A stretch of 61,749 nucleotides of DNA, the filler included, from Choristocarpus tenellus KU-1152 (Eukaryota > Protista > Phaeophyceae), in assembly GCA_964200185.2 (NCBI GenBank). It is 14 parts of 14 records of this genome, joined end to end, with 100 filler letters (N's around TTAATTAATTAA, not from the genome) between each part and the next. Parts side by side here need not be neighbours in the genome. Positions count along the whole stretch, not along the records: positions 22,245 to 29,233 come from CAXNAD020006917.1; positions 29,334 to 33,220 come from CAXNAD020017357.1; positions 33,321 to 37,856 come from CAXNAD020014107.1; positions 37,957 to 41,976 come from CAXNAD020016635.1; 10 more parts are not named here. One strand, written 5' to 3'. Below the pieces are notes generated by a model. That model searched no databases, was not told the DNA's origin, and saw only the letters and a program-made list of their open reading frames with translations. The translations under genes were made by a program, and so were the position numbers. Of the stretch, positions 25,781 through 38,179 are shown piece by piece; positions within the stretch are counted from its first letter, which is position 1, and every line of letters begins with the position of its first letter.

Positions 25781-27214
25781 ATGTCCACAGGGAGGGATGA
25801 GGGGTCAGGTGGTCTGGACTGGACACAAAACCGACCTTTCGTGATCCATGACTCTGACAAAGAGAATATCAGTGTGCTCACCAAGACACCAAGCAGGCAC
25901 AACACCGGAGCCACACTGAAGCCGAATTCTTCTCTGAAGAGGCCGCTCGCCAATATGGAGGGGGATCAAAATGCTAGTGAAAAGATGGATCAGCTTCGTT
26001 CTGCCTTAAGACGGGCCAAAGAAGAGGCTGAAATGTACAAAAGCGATAGACAACAGGTCATCACGGCCTTTAAGAAGCAGACCCTTCAGGTTAAGGCACT
26101 CCAGGATTCGGCAACTGCGGAGAGGGATGACAAAATGCTTCTGGTGAAGCTTCACGAAGAGAAAGCAAAGAAACTAGAGCTGCTGCGAATAACAAATGAC
26201 CATCAAACCAACGAGACTTATGCTGCCGTGGACGACCCGGCTGCTGCAGATCTAGATCGTCTAAAAGGATCTGTAGAGAGTCTCGAAATCAGAAATAATC
26301 TTCTCCGAGAAGATCGGGATTCGAAGACTTTGTTGTTGGCCAAACGAGAGTCCACATGCGCTAATCTTCGGGAAGAGCTGGACGCTGCCAAACGTCGCGA
26401 GGAAGAATTGCAAATGGATCTGGTTACTCTTCGAGCAGAAGTGGAGGTGGCGCGGACAAAATCCAAGTCTGTTGCTGATGCAGAGGCAGCGTGGGAGATG
26501 GAGAAAGTTGAACTTTCTGCTCAGGTGCAAGATCTGGAGGCGCAGGTCAGGGTGGCAGCCTCATCGTCAGCCGAGAGTCATGCCGCCCATGATAGTGCGA
26601 AACGACGTGTGCATGAGTTAGATCAAAAAGTGGTGGCCCTACAGGATGACTTGACATCGCTGCACCGCAAGAGCACCACTGATTTGAGAGACTGGCGACA
26701 GCGTTACCAGGAAGCTGTGGCCTCGAGGAAGGCCGTAGAGGCTCGATTCAGTCGGACTCGGGATGCAGAAGCAACTCTGACCCTGGTATCAGAGCGCCAG
26801 TCACAACTCGACAAGGCTCTTCATGAGGCCTACGACCTCCTCTTGAAGAGATTCCGTTCGAGAGGAGAAGCCATAGCTGGTGGTTGTATCACATGTGCCA
26901 GAGAAGGTTCTTCCCAGGGCATAGTCCTCGACCAAGGCAAAGGAGATCTGTCGACCCCTACAGTCGTTTCGACGGTTGTTCCAGGAGCAGGAAGAGCAGG
27001 TAGAGTGGATTGGGATCCTCCACAGTTTGCCACCATGGCAGTGGAGGGGGTGCTGGAGCAGGTGTTAGGCGGTGTATTCCAGGCTGTCCTGCCAGCTGGG
27101 GGTAAGCCACACATGTGTCACAGTCCTTCAAAGAGACAAGAGGTAGAGCTGGAGCTAGGTGGAGAGGCAGTGGCCATCTTGAGTGCCACACTTGGAAAGC
27201 TTGAGACTGAGATG
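25781..27214 (+). CDS. Coiled-coil protein, large exon
   Basis: 478 open codons from ATG with E/K/R/L heptads; donor ATG|GTGTGT. Start codon uncertain. Confidence 0.8.
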
Positions 27215-27651
27215 GTGTGTTGGTGTTGTCCCCATTTTACTTTCCATCGTTCATTAGGATAGGAAGGGTTAGAGTGACAATTTTGGACGTAGTTTTGTGC
27301 TTGGTAATTCCAATTGTCTGGTCCACCTTGGAGAGATCTGGTCTCACACTATGTGATGTCACATGTGCCATCTCTTGACAGATTTGTATTGGTGTATTAT
27401 AGTCTTGTGTTACAAGTTACTCCCTTCCCCACCCCCTCTCCTACTGCTTCAATGACAATACTTTCCTCTGTACTTAACATATCCCAAGGTTGAAACAGTC
27501 AATGAACACAACATCTTTGTACTTGCAATGAAGATCACCACAAGTGTGCTTCATTTCATGATATCTTATCCACCCCTACTACCCTGTGCACAAGTTGATC
27601 CCTCTAACTGCTTCAGTCATGTCCATGTATCGGTCTTCCTTCTGAGACCAG

Positions 27652-27717
27652 GAGACCTTGAGGGAGTATGGTGTCACTGAGGCAACAGCTTATCTGGAAG
27701 AGGCAAAGGAACTCAAA
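27652..27717 (+). CDS. Coiled-coil protein, next exon (ETLREYGVTEATAYLEEAKELK)
   Basis: CAG acceptor, GTGAGC donor, phase 0/0. Confidence 0.7.
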
Positions 27718-28215
27718 GTGAGCCAGTCTGTCAGAGTGTGTGTGTGTCTGCACCAGGATAGACAACACTGGAAATCAATTTTGGTGGCAAAGTGTGCAAA
27801 TATTGGTTAATGCTAGTTAGCAGGGTCTTTTGCACCCAAGATGTCACTCATTTCCACTGCAAACCCACCTAAGCAGGAAAGAGCAATAGCAGTATCTGGA
27901 CAAGGGAGAAGACATACCTTGAAGGAACAATGAGCACTCCTCCTACCCCACCTTTCGTTCTTGTGCAATTGGTGTTCAAAACCACCCCTTCCCACATCTC
28001 TAGTCACTCTCTGTGTGGATGTCATTGTTTTTGACCAGTCCTATATGGTGCTTCTGCAACTACCAAATGCCTCAACCTTTTTCAGTGGCCTCCCCTCCTA
28101 GTTTCATATGGTGAAGTTTTAATCGTCTCAAGAGTAGCCCTACCCTCCCCCAACCAACCCCCTTTGAAATTTTCTATGTAACGCCTGTTCCCATTATTGT
28201 TTCAAATGTATCCAG

Positions 28216-28458
28216 TCTGAGCTGAGGGAAGTGCAGGAAAGCCACAGAGCAGTCCTGTCGGACTTGGGTAAGGAGCGAAGGAGTTCTGAGAGGAAAGTTG
28301 CTGATCTGCTGCGGCAATTGAATGATGAAGAGATGGGCAGAAGGCAGCTGGAGGCCACTGTTCAGCTGACAGAGATGGCTTTGGCAGCCAAGGTCTCTGC
28401 AGAGGCTGACGGTGGCCGGAGGGAAGAGGAAGAGAGGAGAGTAGCAAGGCTTGAGCAG
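28216..28458 (+). CDS. Coiled-coil protein, further exon (gene runs off the contig)
   Basis: CCAG acceptor, CAG|GTACAT donor, 81 codons SELREVQESH...RVARLEQ. Confidence 0.75.
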
Positions 28459-28984
28459 GTACATTGCCAAGAAAAGTGTTGACACATTCTTTGTTATTCC
28501 CCTGTAGTGTAGAATATCTCATCTTCCTTTACTTCTTCTTGGTCCTTGCTAGAGGGTGTATGTCCCCCCCACGTCCTTCCTCTGTCCCCAGGAGCCTGGT
28601 GACTCATTGATGGTACAGGTAGTTCAATGGCTTGCTTGTCCTGTTGGACTAGGCATGAGAATGGGAGGTTAGATGGTCCAGTGCCACACCAGTAGGAAAA
28701 TTCCTTTGATGGAGGGGACTCTGCCCAATCTTGTCCAACTATTTCTCCCCTTTTCCTAGTACAAACGGCCAGGCAATGCACACAAGATGGGGGCGCCACT
28801 TAGATCGTTGACACCCCTTCCCTTTGCCATCGATGCCCCATACCTGCATTTTTTTTGGGCGGTGTTTTGTTTTGTGCCTTCTTTGTTACCTTTGTCCTTT
28901 ACCCAATAGTTTGTAATTGCTGCGGAAAATCTCACCATAACGGATTTTTCTTTGCATGACATTGTGTCTGCTTAGAGCAATTCG

Positions 28985-29025
<41 letters not shown>

Positions 29026-29132
29026 TGTGTAAAGGAAGGTATGTTTGATGTTGTAACTGCTGGGTCAGCGGAAGTGGGGATGAGGTGTAACTGGATTCAG
29101 GGGAGTCATTGACTCTTTTGTTGGGAGGTAGA

Positions 29133-29170
29133 GACCCAAAGTATGTGGGGGGGGGGGGGGGGGGGGGGAC
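29133..29170 (+). mobile_element. MITE family B end running into poly-G
   Basis: GACCCAAAGTATGT followed by a G run. Confidence 0.7.
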
Positions 29171-29426
29171 AAACGAAAAAGTCCTTTGGACAAAACCACG
29201 AAAAGAGGACACTTTTCGTCCCCCCCAATGGAANNNNNNNNNNNNNNNNNNNNNNNNNNNNNNNNNNNNNNNNNNNNTTAATTAATTAANNNNNNNNNNN
29301 NNNNNNNNNNNNNNNNNNNNNNNNNNNNNNNNNATCAGGAGTCCTATACGTACATCAGTATCATCTATTGGCCCGTAGATTGGAGCTATACATCCTGTGG
29401 AGGTAAGCTTTGAGGGGCGCCTGTAA

Positions 29427-29541
29427 CAAAAGTGCACTTTTATTATCCATCCGACATATGCAAGTAAATCACCCAAAAATCGCGACATGAAAAATTTGCC
29501 CCCAAATGGACAGCCGCCACCCCCCCCAGATACTTTGAGCC
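29427..29541 (+). mobile_element. MITE family B, truncated
   Basis: B internal sequence plus CCCCAAATGGAC-16 nt-AGATACTTTGAGCC. Confidence 0.88.
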
Positions 29542-29705
29542 ATGCTTCATTGTGAGTTCTATGCCAAAAAAATAGAGTAAGTGAATGTAACAGTAGCACT
29601 TTACCGCAGTAAATGATGTAGTAACCTATATCTGTCGCTCCCTCTGATAGCTCCAGTCTTTACGTAGAATAGAACATAAATGAAACATCATGAAATACCG
29701 AAGGG

Positions 29706-29965
29706 GAGTCAAAGTATCTTAGAGGGTAGAGCCGTGTCCATTTGGGATCAAAATCCAATGTTGCCATTTTGATGTAAATTTGGCTATCAAATTCGTTAGG
29801 AAACGTCAGTATCTATGTTTCGGACACACCTTTTCATAAAGTATGTACACTTTACCTACTCCTAAACATTTTGGACGAAGAAAATGTCATAAAATAATTA
29901 TTGAGAAGCCAACCCCCAAGTGGACAAACAGGGCAAAACTCGTACCCTCTAAGATACTTTCACTC
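29706..29965 (+). mobile_element. MITE family A with AGGG TSD
   Basis: AGGG|GAGTCAAAG...TTTCACTC|AGGG. Confidence 0.95.
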
Positions 29966-30404
29966 AGGGACTTAAGAATTAACAAGGAGAGCAAAGGATC
30001 CTATTCAGCAATACAGAAACAACGTAAAAGTATTCCTACAGTTGTTATTTTAGTGTACAATTTGTACTGTGAGGATGGTCAACATCAATCAAGATGATGC
30101 TAGACTGGACGTCCTTCCTAACTTGCACATGAACTGAATCACGTATAATTTGAGTGATAATGCCATAAGCAAACCTACCTTGAATAGCTTTGGAAGAAAA
30201 CATTATTTTTTATTATATGCATACAATACATTCATTTGCAGCTACAAGGCTATAATCATATTGCGTTCCATGTGTAGTCATGAGGCATGAGGCATGTGGT
30301 ATGATGCATGAGCACATGTCCCGTTAGCCTATATCTACCCACCTTAGCTGTGAACTGTTTATGGAAAAAATGCTGCCTCCAATGATAGGTTTTTCAGTAG
30401 AAGT

Positions 30405-30759
30405 GAGTCAAACCAATTGAGAGGTAGGCAGGGTTGCATTTTAGGGACCCTGAGAAGGGGCAAAAAGATGCCCTTTTGAGCAAATTAAGCAGAAATATCC
30501 TTTGAGCCAAACCAAATGAGAAGCAAGTTTGGACCCTTTTGCATTCTAAGCCATCTTTCCTACCCTGTGCATTTTTCTCTATTTCATTGATTATGTGTAT
30601 AAAGGTGTACCCAGAATTAATATCCCCCCTTTCCACACACAGAGAGTAACAATGCAATTCAGAAGAGGGTCTTTCTGTAATCGTACAAAATGACGTATTA
30701 TTGTCCTTTCTCGGGATCCTTAAAATATGACCCTGCCTCCCTCTCAGTTGGTTTGTCTC
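30405..30759. mobile_element. MITE related to family C
   Basis: ~59-bp imperfect TIR beginning GAGTCAAACCAATTGAGAGG; right end resembles 10430-10489. Confidence 0.75.
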
Positions 30760-30869
30760 TTTGCTTAATTGTCATATCACTTCGTGTGTAGAAAGAGGGA
30801 AGATCAATTATAAAGCAATGGAATAGAGTGTATTACACAGGGTAATAAAGATGGCTTAGATTGCGAACT

Positions 30870-31675
30870 CCTGTAGACTGTGCTCAAATCTGAAGTGCCT
30901 GACTGAGAAGTTGATTTCAATCATCCACCGATTGATTCCATGATGGAATGCAGGCATGCATCCACATGGATGATGGCGGGCGGGTGTATAGACTAGATTG
31001 AGGCTGGATAGAGTCATTGACGAGGGTGAGTTCTTGTTCTAATCCTCAACAACATCTTCACTGCGGTGCTAAGTGTAGCATATTTATGGAGTTCAACCGG
31101 ACCTAGCTATTTCCAAGGGTCTTGTTGTCATTGAGAGAATGGGCACAAACAACTAGATCGGATAAGGAGCAACAGGGAGTAACTTGGCACATGATGAGCG
31201 GTTCTTGTGGGGTATGCTTTATGTTGATGATGCGGCATTGTCTCTCAAGGCATAGGAGGTTTGACCAAAACGATGATGGTGATCGTGAAGGCGTTCAGGT
31301 TATTCGGTCTTACTTTGTTAGACCTGAAGATGGCGACATTTGTCTTAAGCCTCCTAATAGGACTGAAGCTGTCACACAGATCCAGGCACTGGGCCAGAAC
31401 TACAAGCAAAGTGACAAGTATATTTTGCAGGAACCATTAGTGATGAAGCAGGAGGATCCAGAAGCTTGGAGTTGTTTTTTCACAGCCGAGTCCTGTACGG
31501 CAGGACCTCAGGTGTACCACTTGAGCTTCAAATCCAAAACCTCACGGCTGAAGTGCTTGAGGCTTCTGTTACATGGTTTATGATGTGGACACTCCACTAA
31601 GTCCACTACCATGAAGGTTCATTACCATAACCTCAAAATCCTCATACTTTGGATGAGATTTGGCCAACAAGAATA
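30870..31675 (+). mobile_element. Decayed RTE-clade LINE reverse transcriptase
   Basis: FHDGMQACIHMDDG and LWGMLYVDDAA match RTE RT motifs (FHDGMRA, LYADD). Confidence 0.85.
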
Positions 31676-31934
31676 GAGTCAAAGTATCTTAGAGAGTAGA
31701 GCCGTGTCCATTTTGGGATCAAAATCCAATGTTGCAATTTTGAAATAATTTTGGCTATCATGTTTGTTAGGAGATGTCAATATCCTTTTTCCAAACACTC
31801 CTTTTCATAACATACACATTTTACCTACTCCGAAACATTCTTGAGTAGGTAAAACGCCATTAAAAGCCCGTGGAAAGCCAAGTCTTAAATGGACAAATAG
31901 GGGAAAACTTGTACCCTCTAAGATAATTTCACTC
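31676..31934 (+). mobile_element. MITE family A
   Basis: Both TIRs; no TSD seen. Confidence 0.93.
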
Positions 31935-33174
31935 CCCTATGCCATATGTGTTACAACTTCACTGTAAGTACTGTGAAGAATGTACCAGTACCAGAACCCC
32001 AGAGTACTTTGAAATGTGTGTAACACCTAGTAGTATGTAACAACATCGGCGCTTGAAAGTGAAAGTATGAGACAATTTAATACACCGTATACAACAGTCG
32101 GCTCAGTCCATCGCTGCAACTACTCTTTCCCCAATTTACTCTTAACAAATATGTTCGCAAAGCAGTCTATTGGGAGCGAGCTTGAGGTCGTTTCAGATCA
32201 GTAAAGTCTTATAAATCCAGGAGAATGCCAATGTCACTATCATATCCATGAAAGTCTCAAACCTCTGTCTCTGCCACCCCCAGATTGAAAGTCAAAATAT
32301 GCTTGTAAGTGATAGCATATAAGAGTTGGATGCCATTGATTTTTAAGGGCCCCTATGACTGCCTTGTGCTTATTTGTATATATGCTCAGATTATTTCTTA
32401 AACTCCATTGGAACTCTCAACTCCTTGTCAGAGTTAAAACGACTGATTGTAGACATATACCCCAACCAGACTTCTCAACGAGCAATGTCCTGCACTTGAT
32501 ACTTGTTGGGGTGTCTCTGTGCTGATACCATCCGTAATGGTCCCGTACAAGTGCTCACAAGGTTAGATGTGTTCTCCATCTTCTGAACATATAGTGTAAT
32601 ATCAAGTGTAAAGTGCAAAGCGGCGTCTACCTGTTTGCTTGCTCTCTTTATGCATTACGGCTTTGATTCTCACAAATGCGCTTGTGCTGTGCACCATACC
32701 CATGTGGTTAGTTGGTCAAGGACCGTGCCTGCTCTAACTGTCTCTATCTGGCCATCATTACCAGTTCTCGACATCATTTGTCTGCTCGCTATCACCACCC
32801 CCCATGTTTGCACTATCAGTACTGTCTCTCAGCCTCACACAAGTGCTTGCCAAACATAGAGCATGACCCTCATGGACCATTGGCTGCAGATTGCGTTGAC
32901 TCTATCTGATACTTTGTGTCTGCTCATTGCTTCATTTCTCGTGCGTTTACGTCACCGGCATTGGCTCTAAGTCTCATGAGAGTGAGTAAAAGTAAGCGAG
33001 AGTTACATTTTACCCAATACTTGAGATAGGATGTCATTAGGGCCAATCACACATCGCATCGTTTATTGGGGAATAGAGATACAACAGAAGAGATTTCGGT
33101 GTCACGTGGGATCCATTGAATGCCAAACACCACTTGTACATGTATCACAGAGGAAGATCGAAGATGAGAATAAT

Positions 33175-33220
33175 GACCCAAAGTATCTGTGGGGGGGGCG
33201 GGGGGGGTCTACACTAAGAT
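33175..33220 (+). mobile_element. MITE family B, cut by contig end
   Basis: GACCCAAAGTATCT-G tract-TCTACAC. Confidence 0.85.
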
Positions 33221-33736
33221 NNNNNNNNNNNNNNNNNNNNNNNNNNNNNNNNNNNNNNNNNNNNTTAATTAATTAANNNNNNNNNNNNNNNNNNNNNNNN
33301 NNNNNNNNNNNNNNNNNNNNCAATTTTGGGTCAAACCCATCCTCCATAGTATGCTCCATCCTCAATTTCGCTGAGAGGCTGTTAATTCTTGAAGATGATA
33401 CTTTAATGGCATTGCTTGGCATATTGCACCGTGTGGTTGCTGCTTTTTATTATTTGAAAGTGGCAAAATATATGAATTTTATAGATGCTGATACTAGTTT
33501 TATTACTATACAAGCTCAGAAAGGGTTGCTGACTGCCTGCTCGGTAGACACAGGGGTTTACTAGTTTACTAACATATGACTGTATGTATTATCATCTTCA
33601 GTGTCGGGTGATCCCAGAAAGGGTACCTGCCCTGACATTTCCCCCCCTCAGTGTGGATTCCCTCCAACGTGAAGACAGGTCCTTTGTTGGAAGAAAATAA
33701 TCATCTTGGCTAAATCAACTTAGGGGGGAAGAATAA

Positions 33737-33996
33737 GAGTGAAAGTATCTTAGAAGGTACAAGTTTTGCCCTGTTGGCCATTTGGGGCTTGGCTTCCCTC
33801 GGGTTTTTTTATGACATTTTCCTACTCCAAAATGTTTCGGAGTATATGTAAAACGTATACATGATGAAAAGGTACAACTGGAACAAGGATATTGACACTT
33901 CCTAACAAACACAATAGCCAAAATTACATCAAAACCGCAACATCGGATTTTGGCCCCCAAATGGACGCGGCTCTACCCTCCAAGGTACTTTGGCTC
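33737..33996 (-). mobile_element. MITE family A with ATAA TSD
   Basis: ATAA|GAGTGAAAG...TTTGGCTC|ATAA. Confidence 0.95.
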
Positions 33997-34048
33997 ATAA
34001 AAAATATGGAAATGTGCACTAGTGGTGATCAGACCTAGGTCGCACTCT

Positions 34049-34307
34049 GAGTGAAAGTATCTTAAAAGGCACGAGTTTAGCACTGTTTGCCCATTTGGGG
34101 CTTGACTTCCTATGGGGTATTTTTATAATATTTTCCTACTTAAAATGTTTCGGAGTAGGTAAAGTGTGTACGTGATGAAAAGGTGTGTCCGAAACAAGGA
34201 TATTGACACTTCCCAACAAACATGATATCCAAAATTACATCAAAATCGCAACATTGGATATTGGCCCCCAAATGGACGCGGCCCTACCCTCTAAGATACT
34301 TTGGCTC
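34049..34307 (-). mobile_element. MITE family A with TCT TSD
   Basis: TCT|GAGTGAAAG...TTTGGCTC|TCT. Confidence 0.95.
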
Positions 34308-35969
34308 TCTAGTCCAAGATAGGAAAATCTGTATTAACACGTGGAAAGCATAGCGAGAAAAATGACATGGACCAGCCTGTCACCTACGAGCTCTTGGGGA
34401 TCTAAGTGGATGAAGCTCACATCACCACAGCTTTGGTGCATTGAGTCATCTGTTGGGGAGTGTTGTGGAGATAGTGCCAAGAGTGATCGGAAAACTCATC
34501 ATCTCGTACTATCACCTCTAGTACAGCACTTGCCTCGAAGGTGCTTGAACAACCAGAAATGTTGGACTCAAAATAATTTGTTTTATCTGTATTTATTATT
34601 ATTTCTTAGATGTTTGAGTAATATGCGTACTTCTCACAGATAAAACCAACCTGTATTTGAGTCTCCCGGTAAGAGGTATGTTTCTACCCCACTAACCCTG
34701 AGTCGTCTGATAGATAAGTCAAAATGCAACCCGGACTGAGCCATGATATGGTTCTCAAGAATTTATCGATGTTGCTTCCGACATCTTGGTAGTGCAAAAG
34801 AAGTATCTTCTCTATCTGTAGAACCTGGTGGTAACTGACCTCGCTGGCAACCCACTAGTATAGAGGAATTCATCGCATTTTCTGGTCTCCACAAGGAGGA
34901 TTGTCACAAATATCAGAGGAGGCTCGGTTGCTTGTAGGTGGATGTCCGGTTAGCGGTATTTCAAGTTCTTCAGCTGTTTTAAGGGCAAGAATCTTTCGTT
35001 TTTGACAAGTTGCTTGGTCAATGGCTCTTTCGTCAGGGAGGTCCAACATGTTCTTCCCTATAGGCTGCGATTATCTCCGTACATTCAGGAATTTCAGTGG
35101 GTTTGTGCCATACATCTCTGGCCGGTGAATATCCTTGATGGCGAAGTCGAAACAAATAAATGCAAGTGGTCTTTCTTACAATGGTAAAAAATATGTTTAA
35201 CCCCTGATCAAGATCTGGTTCGAGTAATAGCCCTTCCAAAAAGAGCTAAACAAGTGCATCTATGTCTAGTTCAGTGACTTCTCCTTCCTTAAAAATTTTG
35301 AGTATTATCGTAAGGTTGTCTCCGTGGGGATAATAAATTGGGTTTCGGTGCATCATCTGAAGTATGTGGCTCGTGAAGTCACACTTTATCCCCTGTCTCA
35401 TATATTGGGAGTTAATGGTTTGCATTCTTATATTCATTTTTCAATGCTATCTCGCCAATACTTACCCGGTCAAGCATACACTAACTGTAACTTTCTACTG
35501 TTCTCGTACTGTATTCTTGTAAGGTTACGGGGGTGGCCTCAGGAACCCCCAAAATAAGATCTGTTGGTGAAATTGGGCGCCTTCCAAACATGAGAAAAAT
35601 GGAGTTTCCTGAATAGTGTTACTGTAGGTTGTATCGTGTGCAAGCTGTACAAAGGGAAAAAGGAGGCCCAGTCAGATCGGTCCATATTCAAATACATGGC
35701 CAGCGTACCATGCATCATGGAATGCATTTCTCACATATGCTATTGCCTTGGGGTCGATATGTTGTGGTCTTGGTTATATGGTATCCATACACTTTACGCA
35801 ACTCAGTCAGGAGTTTATTTTCAATTACTTAGTCTTGGTCAGAGTGGAATGCTTCAGGAGGACCAAAAATGGAAAAAACACGATCGACAAGAGCTTGGCC
35901 ACATATTATTCTTGCTTATTTGCAATCCAACCAAAATTGCGAGTCTTACAAGGTGGTGTACAGCGGATG

Positions 35970-36228
35970 GAGCCAAAATATCTCAGAGGGTAGAGCCGCG
36001 TCTATTTGGGGGACAAAATCCAATGTTGCGATTTTGATGCAATTTTGGCTATCGCGTTTGTTAGGAAGTGTCAATATCCTTGTTCCGGACACACCTGTTC
36101 ATAATGTATACATTTTACCTACCCCTAAACATTCTCGAGTAGGAAAATGTCATAAACCAACCGGTGGGAAGCCAAGCCCCAAATGGACAAACAGGGCAAG
36201 ACTTCTACCCTCTAAGATACTTTCACTC
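35970..36228 (+). mobile_element. MITE family A, followed by a ~30-bp relic of another A end
   Basis: Both TIRs; AATAGGGCAAAACTCGCGCCCTCAAAGACACT follows. Confidence 0.93.
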
Positions 36229-36415
36229 AATAGGGCAAAACTCGCGCCCTCAAAGACACTGTCAAACGTAACACATATTTTGTGCTGTTTGATGTGGTCT
36301 TCAATTTAACAGGGTCAATAGCAAGCCGTTGAAACAGACATGTAGCAGGTATATGTTCTGTAAGTAGTGGCGTAGGAGTATGGATGGTGTTCCGTCTCGG
36401 ACATGACTCGCAAAT

Positions 36416-36671
36416 GAGTACAAATATCTTAGAGGGTACGAGTTTTGCCCTCTTTATCCATTCGGGTCTTGACTTCCCATGTTTTTCTATGACATTTTCC
36501 TAATCCAAAAAATTTTGGAGTAGGTAAAATGTATGCGTTATGAAAAGGTGTGTCCGCAACGAGGATACTGACACTTCCTAACAAACACGGTAGCCAAAAT
36601 TACATCAAAATCGCAACATTGGATTTTGTCCCCAAATGGACGTGGCCCTACCCTCTTAGATGCTTTGGCTC
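36416..36671 (-). mobile_element. MITE family A with AAT TSD
   Basis: AAT|GAGTAC...TTTGGCTC|AAT. Confidence 0.93.
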
Positions 36672-37628
36672 AATTTATCACCCACATCCTAACATCTTTA
36701 TATAAGGTAAGCCACCAAAATCTGTCTCTTGCACGGTCAAACGTGTGCTTGAAAGCAATATAACCCGCAACTTTATGGTCATATAGGGCATGTAATATTA
36801 AACCCTGGACTTCCGTTAGGGTGAGAACTGATCGCGAAATTCTCTGTTCTTATGAAGACGACCAGGTTGACAAGATCAGTACAATGAAGTTTACTCTCTC
36901 ACCCTTGTGTGCAAAAATATGACAGTGTATACACCGTTCTTTAATAGATAATGTTGAATAACTGGGGTCTGCCAGGTAATTCAAATATGCTCCACACCAA
37001 TCGTGTTGGACTTTGGTCAGAACTTCAGTATCAATTACTGCAAAACTTTGATGGAGAAAACAAAGAGCGTCATTTGTCACCCCCTTGATTTCATCTAGTC
37101 TATCCACAGACAGTTCATAAATGGATACACCTTACATGCTTGAGAAGTTGCATTAGTGGTTTCTACTCCCACATTTCGGCATAAAGGGGTTAGGTGTGCT
37201 GTTTTCAGATTCATGTTTACTGAATTCTTTGAGTTGAGGACGTGGCAACATATTATATGGGATGTAATGTAATCTGCCAGGCTTATGAAGGACGGCAAAT
37301 ATATACTTTACAGAGCTAGGGCCCATCAAGTCAAAATATTGGACGTGTCTAGCGTAGTATGCAGCCACCTTAGGCTGAATGGTCATTAAAAATTGTGAAA
37401 TGGTTTCCAGTGTTGAATTGCCAGAATAACTGCCCGGCACACTTTTTGTGTGGCAGAATATTTTTCTGGGAGGGGGAACGCAAGGCACTATGGTACGCAA
37501 TGTTATCAAGATTGCCATCATTTTCATGGGCCCAAAACTCGTATGTCCTGACATTATTGGCATCTACATGTATAAAAAATTCCCAAGAAAATCAGTAAAG
37601 TTTAGAACTGGAGAGACGATTAAAGTCA

Positions 37629-37782
37629 ATTGCTCTTGTCAAAAGTAATTTGCTTTGGTTGATTTCATCTAGATGAAATATCAATTTCATTACATTTTAT
37701 TTTCTATTGCTCTTGTCAAAAGTAATTTGCTTTGGTTGATTTCATCTAGATGAAATATCAATTTCATTACATTTTATTTTCT
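37629..37782. repeat. Perfect 77-bp tandem duplication
   Basis: 37629-37705 equals 37706-37782; each unit contains the 18-bp palindrome ATTTCATCTAGATGAAAT. Confidence 0.92.
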
Positions 37783-37994
37783 TTGGGGTGGTATGTGTTC
37801 GTAGATAGTGCTGCTGATACACTATAGACACCACTGGTGGATTATGTGATAGGGTANNNNNNNNNNNNNNNNNNNNNNNNNNNNNNNNNNNNNNNNNNNN
37901 TTAATTAATTAANNNNNNNNNNNNNNNNNNNNNNNNNNNNNNNNNNNNNNNNNNNNGGTAACTTGTGTCCTCTGTGTTCTTGTGGGTTAGAAGG

Positions 37995-38179
37995 GGCCCA
38001 AGGTATCTGGGAGGAGGGGGGGGGGGCGTCTACATCTGGGTGTCCATTTGGACCAAAACCTGGAGAAGTGCACTTACATTATCCATCCAACGCATGCAAC
38101 CAAATCACCCAAAAATCGCGGCATTAAAAAATTGACCCCAAATGGACAGCCGCCACCCTCCCCCCAGATACTTCAAGCC
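37995..38179 (+). mobile_element. MITE family B, full length
   Basis: GGCCCAAGGTATCT ... AGATACTTCAAGCC; no TSD seen. Confidence 0.9.

Larger units (their letters stand above)
34700..37570 (-). mobile_element. Decayed chromodomain-bearing Gypsy pol, interrupted by two A copies
   Basis: Integrase HSMMHGTLAMYLNMDRSDWASFFP (35539-35727); chromodomain YLFRLRHQGYSPARDVWHKPTEIPECTEIIAAY (35033-35160); VTNDALC resembles ADALSR. Confidence 0.75.

Noticed and set aside
29843-30097. Recurrent peptide PKWTNRAKLVPSKILSL (also in ORFs at 11004 and 35869) as a gene family
   Set aside because: It is the translated MITE A end; frames and starts are not conserved among copies.
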